A DNA stretch of 64,000 nucleotides from Verrucomicrobiia bacterium. Lineage in GTDB: Bacteria > Verrucomicrobiota > Verrucomicrobiia > Limisphaerales > UBA1319. Made by a program: the position numbers and the translations under genes. Each line of letters opens with the position of its first letter. Within the stretch, counting starts at the first letter, position 1. The stretch covers positions 4,320,001 to 4,384,000 of the forward strand of contig OY760937.1 in NCBI GenBank assembly GCA_963664225.1. The letters run 5' to 3'. Positions 52,901 to 63,500 of this stretch are shown here, in pieces. Under the pieces are notes generated by a model. The model was not told the origin of the DNA and did no database searches. It worked only from the letters and a program-made list of their open reading frames with translations.

Positions 52901-55807
52901 TCAGGCTTCGCAGGTGCAGACCGGGTTGCGGTCACCATACACATTATCAATGCGCGCGCAGGCCGGCCAGAATTTGAATTCGCGCGTCCAGGGCGTGGGA
53001 TAAGCCGCTTGAGTGCGGGTGTAGGGACGATCCCAGGTCTCTGCAGCCACCACAGACGCCGGATGGGGGGCGTTCTTAAGCGGATTGTTGTGGCGGTCTA
53101 TTGCACCCGATTCCACAGCCTGGATTTCGGCGTGAATGGCGATCATGGCGTCACAAAAGCGGTCCAATTCGGCCTTGGATTCGCTCTCCGTAGGCTCGAC
53201 CATGACGGTTCCGCCCACTGGCCAGGAAATCGTGGGAGCGTGGAATCCATAGTCCATCAAGCGCTTGGCCACGTCTTCGACCGTCACAGTGTGGAAGTGG
53301 CGCAAATCAAGAATGCACTCATGGGCTACGAGGTTGCGGGTGCCTTTGTACAATGTCGGGAAGAAGGCGTCGACTTTTCGAGCGATGTAATTGGCGTTGA
53401 GGATGGCGGTTTGCGTCGCGCGAACCAGGCCTTCAGCGCCCATCATGCGAATATACATCCAGGAAATGGGCAAAATACCCGCGCTGCCGTAGAGCGCAGC
53501 GGATACGGCGCCCATGGCCCGACCTTCGGTGGGCGTTACCGTGTGTCCCGGCAGGAACGGAAGCAGATGAGGAGCCACGCAGATGGGTCCCACTCCGGGA
53601 CCACCACCGCCGTGGGGAATGCTAAAGGTCTTGTGGAGGTTCAAGTGGCAGACATCGGCCCCAAAATCGCCCGGTCGGCACAAACCAACCTGGGCATTCA
53701 TATTCGCCCCGTCCATATAGAGCTGTCCGCCGTGTTCGTGCACGATCTGGCAGATTTCCCGGATGCCCTCCTCGAATACTCCGTGGGTGGAGGGGTAGGT
53801 GACCATCATGGCGGCGAGCCGGTCGGAGTGGGTTACAGCCTTCGCACGTAGATCAGCCAGGTCGATGTTGCCCTGGGAATCGCAGGCGACGGGAATCACC
53901 TGGAATCCGGCACTGGCGGCGCTGGCGGGATTGGTGCCGTGGGCGGATTGGGGAATGAGGCAGATCTGGCGTTGGTCTTGCCCCCGGTTCTCATGGAAAC
54001 GTCGAATGACGACGAGTCCCGCGTATTCTCCCTGGGATCCGGCGTTAGGCTGGAGGGAAACTCCGGCAAAACCGGTAATTTCGGCCAGCCACTGTTCGAG
54101 TTGCTTGAATAATTCCGCGTAACCACGGGCCTGATCGGTCGGGGCAAAGGGATGCATCCGGGCAAATTCGGGCCAGGTGATGGGAAGCATTTCCGCAGCG
54201 GCGTTGAGCTTCATGGTGCAGGAGCCCAGCGGAATCATCGAAGTGGTGAGGGATAAATCGCGGGATTCGAGACGTTTGATGTAACGGAGCATTTCCGTCT
54301 CCGAATGGTAACGATTAAAAACACTCTGTTTTAGAAAACCACTCGTGCGGGCCAGGGGTGCGGAAAACTCTGGATTGACCTCACTGGCCAGGCTTGCAGC
54401 GTCAAAGCCCGGATTACGGTCTTCGTTGAAAATGCGCCATAATGTCTCCACATCCTCAGGGGTGGTGGTTTCGTCCAAAGCCACACCGACCGCATGAGGC
54501 CCAAGAACGCGCACATTTATATGGTGACGCAGGGCCAGATTGGTCAGCCAGGTGCTGGACCGGCTTCCCAAATCCACACGCTGGGTATCGAAAAATTCCG
54601 TGGGACCCGGGCGATAGCCTATTTTTTCCAGCCCATGGGCCAGGAGCCGGGCCAGACCGTGCACGCGCCGGGCAATGCGTTGCAGACCCTCGGGACCATG
54701 GTAAACGGCATACATCGAGGCCATGATGGCCAGGAGCACCTGCGCGGTGCAGATGTTGCTGGTGGCCTTTTCACGGCGGATATGCTGCTCGCGCGTCTGA
54801 AGCGCCAGCCGGAGGGCAGGGCGGCCTTGGGCATCCTTGGACACGCCGATGATGCGCCCGGGCATCTGGCGCTTGAATTGATCTTTTGTGGCGAAAAAGG
54901 CGGCATGAGGCCCGCCGTAGGCCATGGGAACCCCGAAACGCTGGCTGGAACCAACGACAATATCCGCCCCCCATTCGCCCGGGGGTTTCAATAGAACGAG
55001 ACTCAACAAATCGGCGGCGACAATTAACACGGCGCCTGCGGCATGAACGCGGTCCGCGAATTCCTTTTCGTCCCGCACGGAGCCGTCTGTGGCGGGGTAT
55101 TGGACAAGCGCGCCAAATATATCCGGCGTAACTTCAAAAGTGCCGTGGTCGCCAATAATGATCTTGATGCCGTGGGGTGTGGCGCGCGTGCGAAGGACGT
55201 CGATTGTCTGGGGGTGGCAGGTGTTCGAAACGAAAAATGAGGTACGGCCCGTGGATTTTTGGATGGCATGGGCCATCGTCATGGCTTCAGCCGCGGCGGT
55301 GGCCTCGTCCAGAAGCGAGGCGTTGGCCACATCCATGGCGGTCAAATCGCAAATCATGGTCTGAAAATTCAACAGGGCTTCAAGGCGGCCCTGGGCGATT
55401 TCGGCCTGGTAAGGGGTGTATTGGGTGTACCAGCCGGGATTTTCGAGTATGTTGCGCAGGATGACCGGCGGCGTGATGCAGTCCGAATACCCCATGCCGA
55501 TGCAGGAACGGTAAACCTGGTTCTTGGAGGCCATTGCCTTCAGCTCAGCCAGTGCCTCGGCTTCTTCCGCAGCGGCAGGCAGTTTTAAAGGGGCGCGGAG
55601 ATGGATGGCGGCGGGCACGGCGGCGTCCGCCAGGGCATCGAGGGATTCGACGCCACAAACCTCGAGCATTTGGCGCAAATCATCCCCCTGCGGTCCATTG
55701 TGCCGCTGGGCAAAGGCAAAAGCCGGTTTCATCCAATCAGGCAGGATCTTTTGAGCTGCCGGGGATGAGTTTTTGGGAATCGTCACCACATTTTTGGGTT
55801 CCAACAT
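52901..55807 (-). CDS. gcvP: Glycine dehydrogenase (glycine cleavage P protein)
   Basis: [52 protein letters not shown]. Confidence 0.97.
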   Translation of the reverse strand: MLEPKNVVTIPKNSSPAAQKILPDWMKPAFAFAQRHNGPQGDDLRQMLEVCGVESLDALADAAVPAAIHLRAPLKLPAAAEEAEALAELKAMASKNQVYRSCIGMGYSDCITPPVILRNILENPGWYTQYTPYQAEIAQGRLEALLNFQTMICDLTAMDVANASLLDEATAAAEAMTMAHAIQKSTGRTSFFVSNTCHPQTIDVLRTRATPHGIKIIIGDHGTFEVTPDIFGALVQYPATDGSVRDEKEFADRVHAAGAVLIVAADLLSLVLLKPPGEWGADIVVGSSQRFGVPMAYGGPHAAFFATKDQFKRQMPGRIIGVSKDAQGRPALRLALQTREQHIRREKATSNICTAQVLLAIMASMYAVYHGPEGLQRIARRVHGLARLLAHGLEKIGYRPGPTEFFDTQRVDLGSRSSTWLTNLALRHHINVRVLGPHAVGVALDETTTPEDVETLWRIFNEDRNPGFDAASLASEVNPEFSAPLARTSGFLKQSVFNRYHSETEMLRYIKRLESRDLSLTTSMIPLGSCTMKLNAAAEMLPITWPEFARMHPFAPTDQARGYAELFKQLEQWLAEITGFAGVSLQPNAGSQGEYAGLVVIRRFHENRGQDQRQICLIPQSAHGTNPASAASAGFQVIPVACDSQGNIDLADLRAKAVTHSDRLAAMMVTYPSTHGVFEEGIREICQIVHEHGGQLYMDGANMNAQVGLCRPGDFGADVCHLNLHKTFSIPHGGGGPGVGPICVAPHLLPFLPGHTVTPTEGRAMGAVSAALYGSAGILPISWMYIRMMGAEGLVRATQTAILNANYIARKVDAFFPTLYKGTRNLVAHECILDLRHFHTVTVEDVAKRLMDYGFHAPTISWPVGGTVMVEPTESESKAELDRFCDAMIAIHAEIQAVESGAIDRHNNPLKNAPHPASVVAAETWDRPYTRTQAAYPTPWTREFKFWPACARIDNVYGDRNPVCTCEA

Positions 55808-56039
55808 GCCAGCACGTTAAAAAGGAATGCCGCCTTTGCAAGAGAGAAAATTTTGATTGAGCGGTGTTTGGGGTTGACCTGCCCGGGATGAGGAATGTGG
55901 CTGTGGTGTTCCGGGTTGGCAATCCTGCATTTTATAACCACCGTCGCACCATAAGGTTAACGTCATACCTGCTTGCGTTCAACGGGCTGCACGCGGGTTG
56001 ACCATTGAACGAGCTGCGCATTCGCTGGTCGAATCCAGA

Positions 56040-56753
56040 ATGAAGGCAATATTTCGTTCCCGCGCCCTCCAATGCTGGCAACAGGAGATTCGTCCTCTCC
56101 TTATTCTGGCGCTCGTTCTTTTTACGATCCGGTCCTCGTTCGCGGATTGGAATGACGTGCCGACAGGCTCCATGAAACCGACGATCCTTGAGGGGGATCG
56201 CATTTTCGTCAACAAACTGGCCTATGACCTGAAGGTCCCGTTCACCACCTGGCATTTGGCGGAGTGGTCGAATCCACAACGCGGGGACATCGTCGTATTC
56301 TTTTCACCCAAGGATAATACGCGCCTGGTCAAGCGTGTGATCGGCTTGCCGGGGGATGTGGTCGAGTTGCAGAACGAACAGCTCGTCCTCAATGGGAAGC
56401 TCGTTGATTACGCGCCCCTGAGCACTCAAATATCGGGTCAGTTGCCCGAATCGGAAAGCCGGCACAGCATCTTTGCCACCGAGAAACTATCCACACATCC
56501 GCATGCCGTAATGTCGATGCCAAATGTTTCAGCCAAACGAACCTTCGGGCCTGTAACGGTGCCAGAGGACCAGTATTTTATGATGGGGGATAATCGTGAC
56601 AACAGTTTCGACTCTCGTTATTTCGGAACGGTTGAGCGGAAACGCATCGTGGGCAAGGCATCCAATATTGTAATATCGCTCAACAGGAAAAATTACTGGC
56701 TCCCTCGTACACAGCGGTTCTTCCAGCCGCTTGACACCCGGGACGTCCAATAG
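56040..56753 (+). CDS. lepB: Signal peptidase I
   Basis: VPTGSMKPT, RGDIVVF, VKRVIGLPGD, GDNRDNSFDSRYFG. Confidence 0.92.
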   Translation: MKAIFRSRALQCWQQEIRPLLILALVLFTIRSSFADWNDVPTGSMKPTILEGDRIFVNKLAYDLKVPFTTWHLAEWSNPQRGDIVVFFSPKDNTRLVKRVIGLPGDVVELQNEQLVLNGKLVDYAPLSTQISGQLPESESRHSIFATEKLSTHPHAVMSMPNVSAKRTFGPVTVPEDQYFMMGDNRDNSFDSRYFGTVERKRIVGKASNIVISLNRKNYWLPRTQRFFQPLDTRDVQ

Positions 56754-56857
56754 ATTCACAGTTCATCACTCCCTGCCGCCGACAGAATAGTGTGGTAAAA
56801 TTCAAATCCCGAGATCGGCCTTTGCGTGCAGTTCGAACACAATCGCCAATGACAGGG

Positions 56858-57778
56858 TTATCTCCAAGTCAGCGCAAGGCGCTGGCCATCCAGGGCCTTG
56901 TTGCCATCGATGGCGTGCAGGATCAGGTCGGCTCCCTTGGCGGTGAAGCGGCCTTCCATCCAGCCAATCGGTTGCTCTGCGGCAAAGCTGTAACCAGTGG
57001 CAGGCAGGTTCACCACGTCCAAATCTTCTATTTTCGTGTGGCTGTAACAATGGGAATGGCCATAGAAAACCGCTTTGACCTGGCGTTTTGGTAACATGAT
57101 TTTCAGAAGACGATCCGTGTCCAGAAGGTCCGTATCCTCGTCGCTTAGGGCGTGATGAAGAAACACGAATACCGGACGTGAATCCTCACCGTCCAAATAG
57201 TGCGCCAGCCATTGGCGTTGGACTTTACCCAGCAGTCCGAGGCTATTGTTGGACTCCACATGCGTATCCAGCACCACGAAACGCAGACCGGCTTTTTCAA
57301 TGACGAGCACGTGCTTGCCTTTGACCGCCTCAACTTTGTCCTTCGGTTCGCCAAAGACCTGGTAATAGTTCTTGAGCAGATCGTGATTCCCCATCGCCAC
57401 ATGCACAGGCATTTTTGCGAAGATGGGCGACATCAACATCTGCCAGTTTTTGTAATCACCCGGATCGCCATTCAACCGGGCCAGATCGCCCGTGACAATG
57501 CATTCCTCGCAGCCGGACTCAGTCACCTGGCGAACCACTTCCTTGAGATGCTCCACCGGGGATTGTTGGTTTTGGGCCTGCCGCCAATCCATATCCGTCG
57601 GGACATGAGTATCGGACATCAGGGCCACTTTAAGGGATGGCACATCCGAGGACGCGGCTGCATCACTCGCAGCCGCAGCATTCAGCGCGCCGGCAAGTCC
57701 CGCCACTGCCAAAATCCGGGCAGATAGATCTAGGAATCGCCGACGATCCATCAAACCGCTTCTTTCTGAGGTCGTCAT
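56858..57778 (-). CDS. Tat-exported metallophosphoesterase (CpdA/Icc-like)
   Basis: DRRRFL; SDTH, TGDL, GNHD, HH, GHSH. Confidence 0.88.
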   Translation of the reverse strand: MTTSERSGLMDRRRFLDLSARILAVAGLAGALNAAAASDAAASSDVPSLKVALMSDTHVPTDMDWRQAQNQQSPVEHLKEVVRQVTESGCEECIVTGDLARLNGDPGDYKNWQMLMSPIFAKMPVHVAMGNHDLLKNYYQVFGEPKDKVEAVKGKHVLVIEKAGLRFVVLDTHVESNNSLGLLGKVQRQWLAHYLDGEDSRPVFVFLHHALSDEDTDLLDTDRLLKIMLPKRQVKAVFYGHSHCYSHTKIEDLDVVNLPATGYSFAAEQPIGWMEGRFTAKGADLILHAIDGNKALDGQRLALTWR

Positions 57779-57849
57779 AGTATTTGGTATCGGTTACAAA
57801 CCAACTGGATCGACCATTGTGCAGGAATCTGCGTTGATCGGATATCGAT

Positions 57850-59004
57850 CTATGGCCCGATCAATTCGATGAAATTGCCATCCGGATCCTGAAACGCGAT
57901 CAGCCGGTTCGCCCCCATGGAAAGCGGGGTTTCACCGATGGTCTTAACGCCGTATTTGGCCAGTCTCTCGAGCGCCTTGTCCGCGCTGCTTACGTAAAGC
58001 GTCAGGTAACGAAATCCAAGGGTCGAGTGAATGAAGCTTTGGTTTGGCACTTTGCCGCCAGCCGTCGGAAAGGACATCATCTTGATCCGTGTCGAGGCAT
58101 CGCCATCGGCGGCAACAAACATGCGGACAGTGGCTGGCATATTGTCGATTAGGCCGATCTTTTTGGCCACATCCGCGGTGACCGAGAATCCCTGAACCTC
58201 AGTCATGCCCAGCGCCTCAGTGTAGAACCTGGCTGATTTCTCGAGATCCGAAACTACAATGCCGATGTCGATCGTTCCCTTTGAAAAAGCAGGCGCCGGC
58301 AGGGGCTTGATCTTCAAATTGCGAAATTCGATCCGGTAGCCCTCACCTTCCAACCCGACATGGCCACTCGGCACACCACAAGCCTCATACTTCGCGGTCA
58401 CCGCGCCGTTGACCCACAGCGACAGCGTGCGTCCGCGCGCCGTGACCTCCATCGTGTTCCATTCGCCCGCCGGTTTGACCCGGTTTTCCTTCACATCCTT
58501 CTGGGTGTTAAAGAACTTTTTGGAGCCATCCACCATGGTCTCGCCAAATAGAAAACCATCCTTCGCATCCCCGAACTGGGCCTGATGCCAGAGCGCCCCA
58601 TCCTTTGAATTGCGAACATACGCCCCGCTATTATAACCGGTCTTGCCCTCGATTTTCGTATAGCAGAACTCGAAATGGAAAATCGCGTCGTCATATTCCG
58701 CGGAGGTCAACAGCATGTCGTGGCCGCCATCGCCGTCGCAAACCAGGACATTGCGAGCCGCATCCACATGCCATTGCTCGCGACCCAGCGTGCCGTTGGG
58801 CGGAACCGTTACGCGATACCAGCATTTAAGCGCATCGCCGGGCAGGATATCCTGCCAGCCTTGCGGATCGGCTTCGAGAGCACTTTTTGTTTCTGCTCCG
58901 GTGCTGACGCTTGCGGTGCCGGCCAGCAACAGGGCAAACATGCAGGAGGAGAGAATCGTCGCGAAAGTTCGCGGCGTTGAACTGATGCCATGGTTTTGTT
59001 TCAT
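57850..59004 (-). CDS. Secreted DUF1080 domain fused to a C-terminal VOC/glyoxalase domain
   Basis: NSGAYVR, GEWNTMEV, GHVGLEGEG.RIEFRNLKIK, then IGIVVSDLEKSARFYTEALG...FQDPDGNFIELI; start at MKQNH. Confidence 0.82.
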   Translation of the reverse strand: MKQNHGISSTPRTFATILSSCMFALLLAGTASVSTGAETKSALEADPQGWQDILPGDALKCWYRVTVPPNGTLGREQWHVDAARNVLVCDGDGGHDMLLTSAEYDDAIFHFEFCYTKIEGKTGYNSGAYVRNSKDGALWHQAQFGDAKDGFLFGETMVDGSKKFFNTQKDVKENRVKPAGEWNTMEVTARGRTLSLWVNGAVTAKYEACGVPSGHVGLEGEGYRIEFRNLKIKPLPAPAFSKGTIDIGIVVSDLEKSARFYTEALGMTEVQGFSVTADVAKKIGLIDNMPATVRMFVAADGDASTRIKMMSFPTAGGKVPNQSFIHSTLGFRYLTLYVSSADKALERLAKYGVKTIGETPLSMGANRLIAFQDPDGNFIELIGP

Positions 59005-59154
59005 GCCCGTATTTTGAACATGCCTTGCGGGAATGCAATCTGGATTCCGCAACCGTGCGCAGATTTCCGGCATATCCGCGATTTCCTCGAAACCATTGAC
59101 CTGTTTCTTAATCTCCATACCATGGCGCTGTATTTCAATGACCCAATCATGCTT

Positions 59155-60117
59155 ATGAATAAAGCATTCCAATTTACGTTCGCCTTCCTGTCGATGGCTC
59201 TCCTCGTCGCAACGACATCGGCCGCAGCGGCGGCGCATGTTCCCGCGAATTGTTATCTCTTTTCCTATTTCCTCGGCAACGGCGAGGATGGGCTTCATCT
59301 GGCGTGGAGTGCCGATGGCCTGAAATGGGAAGCGCTCAAGGATGGCAAATCTTTCCTCACACCCATGGTCGGAAAATCGAAACTGATGCGCGATCCCTGC
59401 ATCACCAGCGGACCAGATGGCACCTTTCACATGGTTTGGACCGATAGTTGGGACAGCACCACCATCGGCTACGCATCCTCCAGGGATCTCATCACATGGT
59501 CCGAGCAACAGTCCATTCCCGTGATGAAGGACGAGCCCACGACGAGAAACTGCTGGGCGCCCGAAATCATTTACGACGCGCCCATGAAACGCTTCATGAT
59601 CTTCTGGGCCTCCACAATTCCCGGCAGATTCCCGGCAACCGAGTTGGAGGGTAAAAACGACAATAACCATCGCATCTACGCGATGACCACGGAGGATTTC
59701 GTCAAGTTCACTCCGACAAAGCTCTTTTTCGATCCCGGATTCAACTGCATCGATTCGACGATCCTGCCTTTTAACGGCAAGGCGGTCATGTTCTTCAAGG
59801 ACGAAACCAAGTATCCAACCGCGATGAAAAACCTGCGGATCGCCACGGCACCTACGATCGCTGGCCCCTACGAGGTGGAAAAAACTCCGATCACCCCTCC
59901 GGGAAGCTGGGCGGAAGGTCCCAGCGCCCTAAAGGTCGGCAACGAAGTGATTCTCTATTACGATGCCTACACGCAGCATCACTATGCGGCGTTATCTTCC
60001 CGCGATTTGCATGAATGGAAGGACGTCACCAGGGAACTATCCATGCCCAAGGGCATCCGACACGGCACCGCCTTTGAGGTTCCGGGCCCAATAGTCAAAG
60101 AGCTTCTGAAAAAATGA
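59155..60117 (+). CDS. GH43-like glycoside hydrolase
   Basis: Signal peptide; GLHLAWSADG, MRDP, WAPE, IDST, EGP. Confidence 0.85.
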   Translation: MNKAFQFTFAFLSMALLVATTSAAAAAHVPANCYLFSYFLGNGEDGLHLAWSADGLKWEALKDGKSFLTPMVGKSKLMRDPCITSGPDGTFHMVWTDSWDSTTIGYASSRDLITWSEQQSIPVMKDEPTTRNCWAPEIIYDAPMKRFMIFWASTIPGRFPATELEGKNDNNHRIYAMTTEDFVKFTPTKLFFDPGFNCIDSTILPFNGKAVMFFKDETKYPTAMKNLRIATAPTIAGPYEVEKTPITPPGSWAEGPSALKVGNEVILYYDAYTQHHYAALSSRDLHEWKDVTRELSMPKGIRHGTAFEVPGPIVKELLKK

Positions 60118-60512
60118 TCCGATACCGGCGATTGGGAGTTTCTTGAATGCCGCGTCTGCACCATTGCTGCCACAGGACTCCGGAAGCGTTCTTTGGCTGG
60201 CACAGACTTGTGGAATTTGATCCATTTGGTAGTTTTGACACTTGTATCACAAGAGATCCTGCCTTAATTTTTTCGGCACAGCAGACACGGGATCGAATAT
60301 GAGTTGAACCTCATCCAAGTGCCCCTGTGAATGGAACTCGAACGATACCATTTCAGGAGGGTGGGGGTGGGCGCCATCAGTCGGGCCAGAATATTGATGA
60401 GGCGCAGTGAAGGTGTTTTCCGATCCGTTGCCTATTCTCACGACGGGTAGGGGATTAGCGGCTCTCACTCTTCGAGTTGGCATGTCGGGGAATACGGCTA
60501 TTTATATGAAAT

Positions 60513-63500
60513 ATGGCTAAACTCGAGACTGCGACGATGCCGGTCACCGGCATGTCCTGCGCCAATTGCGCGGGGAATATCGAGCGCAAGGTGCGCCAGT
60601 TGCCCGGCGTTGGCGAAGCTCGTGTGGATCTTGCCGGCGAAAAGCTTTCAATAACCTTTGACCCGGAACAGACGGATGTTCTGCGTGTCATCACCTGCGT
60701 TCGCGAACTGGGCTTCGGCGTTGCCACGGGCAGGACGGAACTGTTGATCGCTGGACTGCAGGGACGCGCCGATGCCGCGAACCTTTCAAAGCTGCTGGCC
60801 GAACAGCATGGGGTCGTAACCGCCAGCGTGAGCGGCGAAACCGGACGGGCCGCGCTGGAATTCATCCCCGGCATGACCGGCGTCGCCGAAATGGCGGGGG
60901 TGGTGCGTCAGGCGGGATTCGAACTTGTCCAAGACGGCAAGGCTGAAGATTTCGAAGACGTTGAGGCCAGGGCGCGCGCCGCCGAAATCATCCAGCAAAA
61001 GCGCCTGCTTCTCCTGGGCCTGATCTTAACGGTACCTCTGATCGCCTTCAGTATGGCGCGCGATTTTCGCCTGGTGGGATTTCCCCACGATCAATTCGCC
61101 ATGCTGATTCCGGCCACTCTGGTGCAGTTTGTCGTTGGATGGCAGTTCTACGTTGGCGCTTATCGCAGTCTGCGAGGGGGTGCGGCAAACATGGACGTTC
61201 TGATCGTGCTGGGATCCTCGGTCGCCTATTTTTCCAGTCTGGCCGTCACGGTCGGTCTGATCGCCAGCCCCAATGTCTATTTCGAGACCGGCGCGGCCAT
61301 CATCACGCTCATCCGGCTTGGAAAATTTCTGGAAACCCGCGCCAGAGGCAAAACCTCCGAAGCCCTGAAAGCCTTGATGGGTTTGCGGGCCAAAACCGCG
61401 CGGGTGGTTCGGAACGGTGCCGAAGTGGAGATCGGCATCGATGCCGTCTCGGTCGGCGATACCGTTGTTGTGCGCCCCGGTGAAAAAGTTCCTGTGGATG
61501 GCATCATTAGCGACGGTCGCTCGGCATTCGATGAGTCCATGATCACTGGGGAATCAATGCCCGTCAGTAAAGGTCCGGGCGATGAGGTGATTGGCGCGAC
61601 GCTCAACAGGGAAGGCATGATCCAGTTCGAGGCGACGAAGGTCGGGAGGAACACCGCGCTAGCCCGGATCGTGCAACTCGTGCAGGAGGCGCAGGCCGGC
61701 AAAGCGCCGATTCAAAAACTGACGGACGAGATTGGACGGTATTTCGTGCCCATCGTCATCGGCCTGGCGTTATTCACGTTCGTCGGCTGGGTCTGGGTCG
61801 CCCACATTGATTGGATGGGGGCCATGCTGAACGCGGTGGCGGTGGTCGTCATCGCCTGCCCCTGCGCGATCGGCCTGGCAACGCCGACCGCGATCCTGGT
61901 GGGCACGACCAAGGGCGCCGGGCACGGCATCCTCTTCAAAAACAGCGAGGCCTTGGAGCGCGCCGGGCGCGTGAGTGTCGTTTTGCTGGACAAAACCGGA
62001 ACGATTACAAGGGGCGAACCAGAAATGACCGATCTGGTCGCCGCGCCGCACCAGACCATGGACGAAGTTCTGCGCCTGGCCGCCAGTGCCGAACGGGGTT
62101 CCGAACATCCCCTGGGCCGCGTGATCGTGAAGGCTGGACAAGACAAAGGACTGCGCCTCATTGAGCCGAGGAATTTCCAGGCCCTCAGTGGTCTTGGCAT
62201 TCGCGCCACCGTGGGAGATTGCGAGGTCATCATTGGCAATCCACGTTTGATGCGCAACGAAGGCATTGGTCTTGAGGCGCTGGACGAAGATGTCACGCGG
62301 CTCCAAGCCGAAGGTAAGACTGCGATGATCGTGGCGGTGGCCACGACGGGGCGCACGGAGGCCGCGAGGGCGATCGGGGTGGTGGCGGTGGCCGACACGG
62401 TCAAGCCGGGTTCGAAGGAGGCCATTGAGGAGTTGCGCCGGTTGGGCCTCGATGTGGTGATGATCACGGGCGACAACCAGCGCACTGCCGAAGCGATTGC
62501 CAGAGAGGTCGGCATCAAGCGGGTGCTGGCGGAAGTACTGCCCGGAGACAAGGCCGCCGAGGTCAGGAAACTACAATCCGCCGACTCGACGGCCGGCCTG
62601 TCCCGCCCCCTTGTAGCCATGGTGGGCGACGGCATCAACGACGCCCCGGCGCTGGCGCAGGCTGATGTCGGCATTGCCATCGGCACCGGGACGGATGTGG
62701 CCATCGCCGCTGCGGGCATCACGCTGATGAGCGGGGACCTGCGCGGGGTGGGGCGCGCCATTTCGTTGTCGCGCGGCACTCTGGAAACGATCGTGCAGAA
62801 CCTGATCTGGGCTTTCTGTTACAATGTCGCCTTGATTCCCATTGCCGGCTACGGGTTGCTCAGCCCGATGATTGCCGCGGGCGCCATGGCGTTCAGCTCC
62901 ATTTTCGTCGTCACCAACAGCCTGCGTCTGCGCGGCTACAAGGTTCAAACCTTCGCCGCGCCCAAGCCGCTATGGCGGCAGGGCGTTGAGTTGATTCCCC
63001 GCATCCTGGCCCCGGCAGGCGCGCTGGCCATCCTGATCGTCCTGCCCATGGTGACCATGGCGGAAGGGGTGGAAATCCGGGGAGCGATTCCCGGGACCAT
63101 GACTCCACTATTGATGATGACGATGGCGCTTGCGAACGGCGTGATCTCGATCTCCTATTCCTCCATTCCGGTTTTCCTGATCATTTTCATCAGAAAGCGG
63201 AAGGACATCCCGTTTTCGTGGATTTTGGTCATGTTCGGGGCTTTTATTCTGGCCTGTGGCACCACCCATGTCGTTCATATCGTTGGTCTCTGGTGGCCGG
63301 TGGATTGGTGGCAGGCTGCAGTCGATGCCTTTTGTGCCATCATTTCCGTTACGACCGCGATCCTGGTCTGGCCATTATTGCCAAAATTGCTGGCGATTCC
63401 CAGCCCCGCCCAACTGCGTGCGGTCAACCTCGAACTGCAAAACGAGAAAGCGGTCTTGGAGCGCACGCAGAGCGAGTTGCGCAAGGCCTACGCCGAGGTG

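Noticed and set aside
52823..53851. 342-aa plus-strand ORF and similar long antisense ORFs over leuS, serS, glgA and the transporter genes
   Set aside because: Antisense shadows of high-GC conserved genes with no recognisable motifs.
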